Shown here: in pieces, positions 37,499-45,986 of the stretch
How positions within the stretch are numbered: the first letter of the stretch is position 1
Layout: each line of letters begins with the position of its first letter
Sequence record: OK040170.1
DNA length: 64,000 bases
Strand: one strand, 5' to 3'
The notes under the pieces: generated by a model
What the model was told of the DNA's origin: nothing
The model's database searches: none
The model's input: only the letters and a program-made list of their open reading frames with translations
Program-made: the position numbers and the translations under genes

Positions 37499-38371
37499 AT
37501 GAAAACAACTGTAAAAGAGTTAACCAAAAATGTCTATCTGGTCACCTTCGATCTGTTCGAGGCCAGTAGAATGATGAACATGTCCTACTCGGATATGCAA
37601 TCGTTATTCTGCCAACTGCGTAACATGAACGTCGGTAAAGATGACATGTATGGTCGGGTTATTAACAACCACCAACGTGCTCAGTACAACGGTCATGACC
37701 ACTACGACTTCACTTGCTCACCGGACTTCATAATCCGGACAAGTGGTATCCGCATGGATAGCGAAGAGGCTATTGTCTCTATCAAGTTGGAAGTACTTAA
37801 CGAACACGCGTTCCCTGCCTCTGCTGCTGAATTCGCTACCTACTTTAACGAGTACGGTTGGCGCTTCGTACCACGTTGCTTCTACGTGAACTACGAAGTC
37901 GAGGATGCTAAGTTTGAAAATCCAATTCGCTCTTACGTCGGTCAGCCGAAAGAACTGCCCAAAGGCTGGGTTAAGGACGAAAACGTCAACTATAGAACCA
38001 TCGATATTTGGATCGATGACGAAACTGGTACTGAGCTTGGCGAGAATCCAGATGAAGATATCGGCGTGTCGGATTCCGACGAGCGTAACCCGGTAATCAT
38101 CGTCGATCAGACCCATTCTGAAATCATCAAAATGATGCTCTGCTCCGGTTATAATTTCTCTACTGTCATCGACGGTAAAGAAGTTCATTTCGAAATCACC
38201 GGGCCTAAGGACAATTCAAATAACCCTTACGCAGCAAAGTTGGATGAGCACTGTAAAGATCTGAAAGGTTCCTTCAAACAGAAGGAAGGTTATGTCGGGC
38301 CGACCTTTACGCCGGAACAACCAAAACACGTCCCCAATGATCCAACTAGAAGTATGTGGGGGCCAGAATAA
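37499..38371 (+). CDS. hypothetical protein, N-terminal degenerate prohead-protease-like fold
   Basis: MYGRV, WRFVPR and TIDIW resemble 11475-11930. Confidence 0.45.
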   Translation: MKTTVKELTKNVYLVTFDLFEASRMMNMSYSDMQSLFCQLRNMNVGKDDMYGRVINNHQRAQYNGHDHYDFTCSPDFIIRTSGIRMDSEEAIVSIKLEVLNEHAFPASAAEFATYFNEYGWRFVPRCFYVNYEVEDAKFENPIRSYVGQPKELPKGWVKDENVNYRTIDIWIDDETGTELGENPDEDIGVSDSDERNPVIIVDQTHSEIIKMMLCSGYNFSTVIDGKEVHFEITGPKDNSNNPYAAKLDEHCKDLKGSFKQKEGYVGPTFTPEQPKHVPNDPTRSMWGPE

Positions 38372-38381
38372 AAGAGGGTGT

Positions 38382-38552
38382 ATGGAAAAAGAAACCAAGA
38401 AAGAGAAGCGCCCGGCAACGGTGCGGGAGGTTATTGAGAATATCCTCGAACTCCAGCCTTCCATTGATCCGAAGTATCTGAAAGGGTTCCATACCTTATC
38501 GGAACCCACAGATGACAACGGGAGGGTTTGTCGTGAATTCCTTCGCTGGTAA
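38382..38552 (+). CDS. small hypothetical protein
   Basis: GAGGG RBS before ATG 38382. Confidence 0.55.
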   Translation: MEKETKKEKRPATVREVIENILELQPSIDPKYLKGFHTLSEPTDDNGRVCREFLRW

Positions 38553-38808
38553 ACTCGCAATTGAAGGATCTTTCTTAGCCGATGAATTAGAGTTATCGGT
38601 GAGGGAACAAGATCATCACTTCGAAGAATACCGTAGACATAATGCAGACGTTAACGTTCTGGCTAACCGCCAACGGGAAATAATGCATTTACATGGTATC
38701 GCTGAATGTTTGGATCGTGGGGTATTGGCTGAGGAAATTGCCTACTACCTGGACGCTCCGGTATCAGAGATCGAAGAGAAGATTGAAAAGATCAAGTCGT
38801 TTAAGTAA
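38512..38808 (+). CDS. small HTH-like protein, paralog of 26631-26972
   Basis: LDRGVLAEEIAYYLDAPVSEIEE. Confidence 0.55.
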   Translation: MTTGGFVVNSFAGKLAIEGSFLADELELSVREQDHHFEEYRRHNADVNVLANRQREIMHLHGIAECLDRGVLAEEIAYYLDAPVSEIEEKIEKIKSFK

Positions 38809-38869
38809 ATAAATGAGGTAGGGTTAATTCCCTACCTTTATTCTGTCTTATCATAAAGGGTAATTGTAA

Positions 38870-39031
38870 ATGCATATTTTAATTCTGTTGGTTCTCTGGG
38901 TTATCGGCTCTTATGTTGTTGCTAATCGCGCGCAGTCTAAGGGCGGTAATTTCAAAACGTGGTTCTGGATCTCCATGATCTTCGATCCTCTCGGCGGCTA
39001 CGTGATCTATAAGCTCCTGTTACGCAAATAA
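38870..39031 (+). CDS. 53-aa 2-TM microprotein (not in ORF track)
   Basis: MHILILLVLWVIGSYVVANRAQSKGGNFKTWFWISMIFDPLGGYVIYKLLLRK; AAAGGG RBS. Confidence 0.7.
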   Translation: MHILILLVLWVIGSYVVANRAQSKGGNFKTWFWISMIFDPLGGYVIYKLLLRK

Positions 39032-39041
39032 ACATAACACT

Positions 39042-39071
39042 CCCTCAGTAGACCTAATGGTCTACTGAGGG
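39042..39071 (+). terminator. 13-bp perfect hairpin, probable terminator
   Basis: ccctcagtagacc-taat-ggtctactgaggg. Confidence 0.65.
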
Positions 39072-39072
39072 G

Positions 39073-39111
39073 ATTATATCCATTTCCAATTTTTTTGGTG
39101 TCTATATAACC
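39073..39111 (+). repeat. 39-bp direct repeat copy 2, containing promoter variant TATATAAC
   Basis: Identical to 16103-16141. Confidence 0.9.
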
Positions 39112-39314
39112 GTGGCGCAAGGGTAGAAGTAATACCTTTGTTAAAATCACAAACCTGCCTCTAAAGGGGAAATACTGTAATCAGATAGAAACCATATACT
39201 CCTATTGAAGTACTTAACCAGTTTTGACTTACGGACTACGTGAGTCGAAGAGCGTGTACGATTGTACACGTTAAACTGAGTTCCGGAACATTCGTCCGGA
39301 ATAGGAGCACTACC

Positions 39315-39929
39315 ATGGAAATCGACTACGATTTCAAAACACCTAGTTTATGGATTGACAAAGGTGTTGTCGAAGACGCTAAGAGATTTAAGTCTCTTAA
39401 TAAATCCGGCAAGAAAAAGTTCATTGAAGAACTAAACGACTACGCCAGTAAAATGGGCGCGACTGACTACTCTAGTGATGGATTGAATCTACTTTGTACT
39501 CTTCTTGATAATATCGAGAAGGGATATGACGTAGAGGCATCTAAGGTGGTTATCTACTGCTTGTTGAAGCGCGTTGGTTTCAATGAGCTCGCCGAGAAGT
39601 TAGAGTCAGCTACTATGGAATCGTTATTAGTTAAAACGATTTTGAAGAAAGCGGCTCGTACGTTGTTATTCTTTATCTGTACAACATACTTAAAGTCCTT
39701 TTCGATATCAGCTTTCATAGCTAAGTTTGCTTATGAATTCATGATACTAGTCGAAAAACGACTGGCGTTGATTAAAGCTGTTTTTAGATACTTTACCGTT
39801 AAAGGACATAAAGAGAAGACTGGGGACAACCAGTCTTCTCTGATTTACGGTCTTGGTACTAAGATCAGTTTGGTTTTCACTTTCTTAAAAAGGAAGTGGA
39901 GGAATATCTATAAGATACTGAGGAGATAA
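39315..39929 (+). CDS. hypothetical helical protein with hydrophobic/basic C-terminus
   Basis: AGGAG RBS before ATG 39315; atypical codon usage. Confidence 0.7.
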   Translation: MEIDYDFKTPSLWIDKGVVEDAKRFKSLNKSGKKKFIEELNDYASKMGATDYSSDGLNLLCTLLDNIEKGYDVEASKVVIYCLLKRVGFNELAEKLESATMESLLVKTILKKAARTLLFFICTTYLKSFSISAFIAKFAYEFMILVEKRLALIKAVFRYFTVKGHKEKTGDNQSSLIYGLGTKISLVFTFLKRKWRNIYKILRR

Positions 39930-40021
39930 ACTACCACTAGGCCCGTGTTACCGCACGGGCCAATACCCTTTTCATAAAAAGAAAAGGTACGTAAAAATTG
40001 ATTTCCATTACTTTTCAAGTC

Positions 40022-40055
40022 TATATAACCTAGGCGAATATCCAGAGTAATCTGG
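40022..40055 (+). promoter_or_regulatory. promoter variant TATATAAC plus AGTAA-containing hairpin
   Basis: Third, diverged copy of the 16.1/39.1 kb element. Confidence 0.65.
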
Positions 40056-40087
40056 TCTTTTATCATACTTTATTTAGGAAAATCACC

Positions 40088-40423
40088 ATGTTCAACAAAC
40101 TGAAATCTCACCCAATCGTAAACCGCATCAAAGCTATCGCTCAGAAAGTTCCAGTGATCAAAGTAGAGATCATGACTATCTCTGAAAACGATTCCGCTCT
40201 GCAGGTTGAAGTGAAACAGACTCTGAACTTCGGTCTGTCTGTAATCATGACCATCGCTCTGCTGGTAACTCTGGCAAACCTGATCGCAGTCACTTGGCCT
40301 ATCCTGGCGTTCTACTCTGTTGTTCGTCTGTGCAACCGTGCTAGCCAAGCGTACAACAACTGGGCAGCTAAGCGTAAGGAAACCGAAACTCAAACCCCTG
40401 AAGCAGAACCAGTAACTGCGTAA
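40088..40423 (+). CDS. 2-TM membrane protein, paralog of 40520
   Basis: MFNKLKS.. basic N-terminus, two TMs, strong codon bias. Confidence 0.8.
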   Translation: MFNKLKSHPIVNRIKAIAQKVPVIKVEIMTISENDSALQVEVKQTLNFGLSVIMTIALLVTLANLIAVTWPILAFYSVVRLCNRASQAYNNWAAKRKETETQTPEAEPVTA

Positions 40424-40519
40424 TAGCTCGATAACCCAAACTGTCGCGACCAGTGAGGGATCATCGAGGATCGTTCTATCACAAACTCCAATCCATCATC
40501 TAATATTGAGGAAAACATT

Positions 40520-40969
40520 ATGTTCACTAAAGCTAAATCTTTCATCCGTAATATCGTCTCTCGTGCTAAAGCTGAGAAAATCGAAGTGCTGACCGTTGAG
40601 CTGGTAGAAGTTCAGGACGTTGCTACTGCAGTTAAAACTGCTAAGAGCCGTCGTAACAAAGCCTTCGCAATCAACATGATTGCAAACTGCATCGTTTCGT
40701 TCTCCTTCGGTTACGCGTTCATGTTCATCCTGTGCCTGTTCCCAGAAATCGTTCTGGCTCTGTGCACCCTGTTCGCTTTCATTAAATGCGTCGATAAGAT
40801 TGCCAACTTCTTTGCGGCGCGCGATGTTAACTCCACTAAAGCTCACCACGCTAACATGGAAGTAATCCTGAGCGTCTTCGGCGGTGAGGCTGTCAGCAAT
40901 GTTCTGGATAAAAAATCTAAGTCGTCCAAGGAGGTGGCGGCTGACGATGGTGTAGTTGCTGCAGCGTAA
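40520..40969 (+). CDS. 2-TM membrane protein, paralog of 40088
   Basis: MFTKAKS.. N-terminus, two TMs. Confidence 0.8.
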   Translation: MFTKAKSFIRNIVSRAKAEKIEVLTVELVEVQDVATAVKTAKSRRNKAFAINMIANCIVSFSFGYAFMFILCLFPEIVLALCTLFAFIKCVDKIANFFAARDVNSTKAHHANMEVILSVFGGEAVSNVLDKKSKSSKEVAADDGVVAAA

Positions 40970-41032
40970 TAAACAGACGGCGGTGGTAATCCCACCGCCA
41001 ATTATTTAAACTTGTTCAAAAGGTATATCCTA

Positions 41033-41206
41033 ATGGAACTGATCTTCTTGATGGTACTTCTCATCGTACTGCTGTCTTTCGTCACCAAATACCGTCCGAG
41101 CTTCATTACCGTGTTAGCGCTCAATCTCGCTATTGATGAGATCGGTATTAGAATCGCGCAGATGGCTTTCCGTGGCCTGGGCTCTGCTTTTAGTCGGGGT
41201 AATTGA
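41033..41206 (+). CDS. small membrane protein
   Basis: AAGGT RBS before ATG 41033; hydrophobic. Confidence 0.6.
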   Translation: MELIFLMVLLIVLLSFVTKYRPSFITVLALNLAIDEIGIRIAQMAFRGLGSAFSRGN

Positions 41207-41207
41207 A

Positions 41208-41405
41208 ATGGTACTAATCACTCTGTTGATGCTCATGTTCGTATTCGCTGAATGTAAGAACCCTATCTTGCGTTTCATTGCGAACATCGTATTCAAAATG
41301 TGTTACTGGATCGGGATGACCTATATTGTCATCGTAGGGACTTTCCTGAAACTGTTAACATTCATCTACGCTTCCATCTTCGGTCGCCGTAATTCTTTAG
41401 CTTAA
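41208..41405 (+). CDS. small membrane protein
   Basis: ATG 41208 right after upstream stop; two TMs. Confidence 0.6.
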   Translation: MVLITLLMLMFVFAECKNPILRFIANIVFKMCYWIGMTYIVIVGTFLKLLTFIYASIFGRRNSLA

Positions 41406-41416
41406 GGAGTTTAATC

Positions 41417-41698
41417 ATGATCAGTAAATTGATGATGTTCCTGTTCGTCATGACGGTATTCGTCTTGAACGCAGCAGCCGGTTTCGTAGTTACCATTGTC
41501 ATGCTGATTTCTTGGATCGCCTCTAAGGTGTACAACGATGCGGCAGTGGGCTACGTGATCAACGTAACTGCTCTGATTGCCATGGGTATCATCTTTGGCA
41601 TCGATGCGGTAGTTCCAGTAATTGCTTTGGCGGTACTGTTCAAGGTATCTGCGGAAGTCATTAAGACAATGGCTACTCCAGTACCAGCAGTGGCCTGA
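41417..41698 (+). CDS. 3-TM membrane protein
   Basis: AAGGAG RBS; hydrophobic. Confidence 0.75.
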   Translation: MISKLMMFLFVMTVFVLNAAAGFVVTIVMLISWIASKVYNDAAVGYVINVTALIAMGIIFGIDAVVPVIALAVLFKVSAEVIKTMATPVPAVA

Positions 41699-41772
41699 TC
41701 GAAAAATACTCTAATAAAGAGTATTATGCTTTTGTTAACAACCCACTCAACTTAGTAAAAGGAAAGTGAAAT

Positions 41773-42747
41773 ATGGCAACTCCAAAAGTAGTAGACTTCT
41801 TTGACACCAACGCAGCGGCGGCTAACCTCAACGTACCGGTTCGCAAGTTCCGTAGCTGGGCCAATGGTCAGCTGAACAAGGCTGAAAAAGAAGCCGGTCT
41901 GAGCCTGGTCGGCTTCCCTAAGCCGGTAGGTAAATCCGGCAAACATCACTGGTCGAATCGTGCCCTGTCTAAATGGACTAAGGTGAACAACGCAGCACTG
42001 GTTACTCTGGGTTACCATGTTAAGGTAGCTGAGAAGAAGACCGTTCAAACTATCGGCACTGCTGAACTGACTCGCGAATACGGTATTTCCGCAACCCGTC
42101 TGAATATGCTGGCGAAAGCAACTGGCGTGACTCGGGAAGAGGCTGGAGCAGGAATGTCCTTGGGCGGATTCCCTAAACCGATAAAAGTCGGGGCTGCAAA
42201 TCTCTGGCCTAAAGTAGCGATCCGTAAGTGGTTCAAAGCTAACAAGGATGCCCTGGAGCATCTCGGTTATATCCCTTCATTTAACAAAAAGGCTGCTAAA
42301 CCAGCTAACGCCGCTAAGGCAATCAAACCTAAGGCGCTGAAACAACCGGTCGTTAAGGCGAGCAAGAAAGTTGAAACGGCGCCGGATATTCTGGGCGAAG
42401 AAAACACAAAGAGAAAGCCGAGCTACTCTGCGACGATCTCCGCTCCGGATAATTTGAAATTCCTTATTGCCACTAAGCCCGGTAGTTCGGTTAGAGCGTC
42501 CTCTATCTCCGTCGCCAGCACGGATGTAGAAACCGCCCTCATCGCACTGGCTGAACTGTTAAAACCCGTCGTCGTCGTTAGCACCAACGCTACGGCTCGT
42601 CTTGTCATGAGCAAGTACAATGCTCAACTCAAAGAACTGATGGGTGACGCGGGACAGCTCACTAAACTGAGTAACGACTTTGAAAAGCGTCTGATGGACG
42701 TTCAACGTCTGTCGTCCGGTATCGAGATCGCTGTAACTAAACTGTAA
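41773..42747 (+). CDS. DNA-binding protein with two AlpA/excisionase-like HTH repeats
   Basis: Two copies of G-FPKP-x-K-xG-xxx-W-xxx-A-xx-KW; Lys/Ala linker; helical C-terminus. Confidence 0.7.
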   Translation: MATPKVVDFFDTNAAAANLNVPVRKFRSWANGQLNKAEKEAGLSLVGFPKPVGKSGKHHWSNRALSKWTKVNNAALVTLGYHVKVAEKKTVQTIGTAELTREYGISATRLNMLAKATGVTREEAGAGMSLGGFPKPIKVGAANLWPKVAIRKWFKANKDALEHLGYIPSFNKKAAKPANAAKAIKPKALKQPVVKASKKVETAPDILGEENTKRKPSYSATISAPDNLKFLIATKPGSSVRASSISVASTDVETALIALAELLKPVVVVSTNATARLVMSKYNAQLKELMGDAGQLTKLSNDFEKRLMDVQRLSSGIEIAVTKL

Positions 42748-42817
42748 TATCCCTACCCGAGTAGAGAGGAATAACCCTCTCTACTTATACTCTTTTTTAA
42801 CATCAGGAATAAATATC

Positions 42818-43261
42818 ATGAAGAAACTCACCGCTGTTATCGCACTGACCGCCGCTCTGTTCTCCGCCAATACCCTGGCCGGTACATGGGGCTCGTCCTG
42901 GGCACAAGGAACCACTGAGGTTATTAACAATAACGCAAACGGTTCCTCTGTAAACTTCTCCTGTTCGGACGATGGCGATAAGCGCATTCTGTTCGTAGAT
43001 ACTGCAGATGGCCGTCGCTACGACAGCGAAACTGACAGTTACACTATCGTTGCTAAAATCGATGGTAACGAAGTTCAGTTCGTTTCTACCCTTAGCCGCG
43101 TTGGTGAGGCGAACTGGGCGTACTTCTGGAAGAAGGCGGAAACTGTGAAATCCAAAACCATCACAGTGATCGTCCCTAACCACAAACCGTTCACTGTATC
43201 CACCGCAGGCCTGAAAGCTGTCGCAAAAGACAAATCGCTGAAAGACTGCTTCTTTAAATAA
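42818..43261 (+). CDS. secreted protein (signal peptide)
   Basis: MKKLTAVIALTAALFSANTLA signal peptide; 2 Cys. Confidence 0.8.
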   Translation: MKKLTAVIALTAALFSANTLAGTWGSSWAQGTTEVINNNANGSSVNFSCSDDGDKRILFVDTADGRRYDSETDSYTIVAKIDGNEVQFVSTLSRVGEANWAYFWKKAETVKSKTITVIVPNHKPFTVSTAGLKAVAKDKSLKDCFFK

Positions 43262-43272
43262 TCGAGGTATCG

Positions 43273-43572
43273 ATGAAGTTCGAAATTGATAAAGGCCTTC
43301 TGCAATTCCTGTACGCTGACGACACAGGTACTTACGCCGTAGTCGGTGCGCCAGGGAAACGTGACTTCTCACTCAACCTTCGTTCCGGTGTCTACAAACA
43401 GGTTTCATTCGCTGATTTCGGCTCAAAGCCTAAAGACGGCGATAAGATCTACTTCGACGTCAACGGGACTTTCGTCACTCTCGTTAAAAAGGCGAAGAGT
43501 ACTGAAAAAGTTAACGAAGGGAAAGGTGGCATGGGCAAAGGCTCAAAAACTTTCCGTGAACACTGCTTCTAA
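43273..43572 (+). CDS. hypothetical protein
   Basis: 99 aa, GAGG RBS. Confidence 0.75.
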   Translation: MKFEIDKGLLQFLYADDTGTYAVVGAPGKRDFSLNLRSGVYKQVSFADFGSKPKDGDKIYFDVNGTFVTLVKKAKSTEKVNEGKGGMGKGSKTFREHCF

Positions 43573-43640
43573 CGGGGCATAGGAGAGGGCATTTAGCCCT
43601 CTCTTTATTTTTTGTTTCATTGACAAATAAGGAGATCGCT

Positions 43641-44168
43641 TTGTCCATTATTCTTTATCACAAGGGTGTTATTGCTGCTGACTCAAGAGGGATTATTGAT
43701 CAGGGGAAATACACAGAGCGTTTGTGCGGTATGCTCAAGTTATTCTCATTCGGCGGGAAAGTCGTTATGGGGATGGTTGGCGATAACACGACTATTGACT
43801 GGGCGTGTAAAGAGTTCTTTTATTTCAGTGAGAAAGTCATTGAAATGGAGGAGGGGGATTTAGATACGCTTCCATTATCTAAAGACATCCTGGAACGATA
43901 CGGTATGGAAGACTCTACTCGTACGCTTTGCTTCATGACACGTAGACACCATTACTACGTCGGGGTGACTGGTATCATACGCTGGGAGAAAGGTATCCCA
44001 TGGGCAGCAGGTAACGGGATGCGTACTGCTCTGCAATCGTTATCTAACGGATTCGATGTAGAGTCATCGGTGCGGAACGCCATATTGATGAATCCTGATT
44101 GCGGTGGCACGGTAGTCATTCACCATGCTAAAGATCTGGAGCTTATCAAAAGGAAGAAATCTAAATGA
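43641..44168 (+). CDS. HslV/proteasome-beta-like Ntn hydrolase
   Basis: AAGGAG RBS then TTG gives (M)SIILY..VIAADSR; GMVGD, AAGNG and NPDCGG motifs. Confidence 0.65.
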   Translation: MSIILYHKGVIAADSRGIIDQGKYTERLCGMLKLFSFGGKVVMGMVGDNTTIDWACKEFFYFSEKVIEMEEGDLDTLPLSKDILERYGMEDSTRTLCFMTRRHHYYVGVTGIIRWEKGIPWAAGNGMRTALQSLSNGFDVESSVRNAILMNPDCGGTVVIHHAKDLELIKRKKSK

Positions 44169-44644
44169 AAAACTTCGCAGCTTTCTACGATGATAAAGTC
44201 ATCTTTAGTACGAAGATCCAAAAGAGTTCAGGGCTACCGACTACTCTTAGCTGGGATTCTCTATTCACGCCACACGGATTCATTGTCCCCTACTCTCTAA
44301 GCTGTTTCGCTATCCTTGATATCATCGAAGACAACAAGGTTCCCGTTGATCGTTCCGGTGAAATGCTAGGGATGCTCATTACTCCCGAGGGTAGGGTTTA
44401 CGAGTATGCGGTAGGGAGTAACAACAAAGTTATCTGTAACCGTCTGGTAATCGGTAAAGGTTTCCGTCATTGCCGTTCTGCCGATTACCTTACTGAAGAT
44501 ACAATGAACTCTGCGATCCACTTAACAACCAGTCCAGAAGCAGCGTTGGATTGGTTCCACAAAACTTTGCCGACATTCACTAACAGTTACTTCGTCATGG
44601 GTGTCGACGACATCGTAGCCAAGATTAAGGAAAAGGGTCTATGA
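44165..44644 (+). CDS. possible inactive paralog of the upstream Ntn-fold protein
   Basis: Similar length and secondary-structure pattern; no N-terminal Ser/Thr. Confidence 0.4.
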   Translation: MKNFAAFYDDKVIFSTKIQKSSGLPTTLSWDSLFTPHGFIVPYSLSCFAILDIIEDNKVPVDRSGEMLGMLITPEGRVYEYAVGSNNKVICNRLVIGKGFRHCRSADYLTEDTMNSAIHLTTSPEAALDWFHKTLPTFTNSYFVMGVDDIVAKIKEKGL

Positions 44645-45264
44645 ACGAAATAGAAAAAGATGAGGTTGTCACCAGCAGGCCTCCCGCTACTGATCGCGCT
44701 ACGCTTTACGATGTACTGAACGTAGACATCAACAAAGTGGTACTCCGTGTGCGTGGTCGCGTTACGCCGGTTGATGCAGCTAAACGGCTGTTGGCTTTGG
44801 TGGAAACTGCTAGAAGTAAATACTCGGGTGAACATTCGATCGATCTTCATGACGTTTCTGATCATCGTTACATGATCATCGAACGTAATAACGACATCAT
44901 TGAGTTCGGTGGCGTCGATACTACCAGTGACCGTGTCGCCTCAGTTAATCTGTCTTTAGAGGTTGCTATACTGGATCGCGGTATCGAATTCCTCACCAAG
45001 TTCATTGAGATAAAGTCTGCGGAAGTTGATCAGATTTTACTCGGCGGCGGCCGTGCTATTAGTTGCCCGGCTGTAATTGAGAAATACTTCGAAGCTGAAG
45101 AGATCGAACTCTTACGCGATGAGTCTGAGTTACCTCAACTAAAGATGTTTAAACCTAAGGGGATGAACATCCCAGGGAACAACCGATCCATCCACAACAA
45201 AGTTAAACCAGGGAAATTCTTCAACAAAAACAGGAACTTCCGTTCTTCTGGTCGGGGCAGATAA
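44641..45264 (+). CDS. hypothetical protein with basic RG-ending tail
   Basis: 207 aa, ATGA overlap. Confidence 0.75.
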   Translation: MNEIEKDEVVTSRPPATDRATLYDVLNVDINKVVLRVRGRVTPVDAAKRLLALVETARSKYSGEHSIDLHDVSDHRYMIIERNNDIIEFGGVDTTSDRVASVNLSLEVAILDRGIEFLTKFIEIKSAEVDQILLGGGRAISCPAVIEKYFEAEEIELLRDESELPQLKMFKPKGMNIPGNNRSIHNKVKPGKFFNKNRNFRSSGRGR

Positions 45265-45434
45265 TTTCCCCTTGATTCTATGATTCCGGGAAGTAAGCAG
45301 TACAAATAACCCCTCCCTTTTGGGAGGGATTCTTAAGAGGGTCGTCCCTCTTTTTTTGTTCCCTTATTTTTTCAAATACTCTTTAAATAGTTTAGTAACA
45401 ACTAGACTATCACCCCTCCTTTAAGGAATAAACC

Positions 45435-45593
45435 ATGCAACAGTCAGCACCTGCTAATGTAGCAGAAGTAAAACCAGAGAACGCTTATTTCGAATCTGGT
45501 TCAAACGAGCAACCTGTGTCAGTCTCTCAATGCGACTTCCATTACGGTAGCCTGGACGGCCTGGCAACCATTATGGCAAACCCTCAGCACTAA
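45435..45593 (+). CDS. 52-aa hypothetical peptide (not in ORF track)
   Basis: AAGGA RBS; MQQSAPANVAEVKPENAYFESG...MANPQH. Confidence 0.6.
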   Translation: MQQSAPANVAEVKPENAYFESGSNEQPVSVSQCDFHYGSLDGLATIMANPQH

Positions 45594-45604
45594 GGAAAAT
45601 AAAC

Positions 45605-45874
45605 GTGACTAAAGATCTTTCTTCCTATTTCAAACCAGCCGCCGATTCTACTGCTCTGCCAGGTCAAACTCGTGGCGAAACTAAATTAACAACGACCTTC
45701 GACGAGCTCCCTGTAACTGGCGCCGGCGCAAAGGTTATCGATCAAAGTGGTGATTCCCTGGATTCTCTGTTCGACGGCATCGATTTCGACGCGGTAGCTG
45801 CTCGTAACGAAGAGCGGGCTGAAAGCGGTGAAGAGTTCGTCGATGACGGCGACTGCGAAGGCTGCAAGATCTGA
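45605..45874 (+). CDS. stand-alone acidic protein ending in an NrdA-like redox C-terminal tail
   Basis: AAGGA RBS, GTG start; ends EEFVDDGDCEGCKI-stop. Confidence 0.7.
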   Translation: MTKDLSSYFKPAADSTALPGQTRGETKLTTTFDELPVTGAGAKVIDQSGDSLDSLFDGIDFDAVAARNEERAESGEEFVDDGDCEGCKI

Positions 45875-45889
45875 AGATAATTTCAGGTC

Positions 45890-45905
45890 TATATTACTTT
45901 AATGA
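45890..45905 (+). promoter_or_regulatory. phiKZ-type early promoter TATATTAC-N5-TGA
   Basis: 20-mer tctatattactttaatgata is identical to 63949-63968. Confidence 0.85.
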
Positions 45906-45986
45906 TAATCGAATCAGTCGATTAAATCGAGAGTAGGATTTTCCTACTCTCTACTATTTTACAATTTAGTTTAGAGAGATTTACAC

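Noticed and set aside
39240-39314. GTG-start extension of the 39.3 kb ORF
   Set aside because: AGGAG RBS sits before ATG 39315; the upstream part is structured leader.
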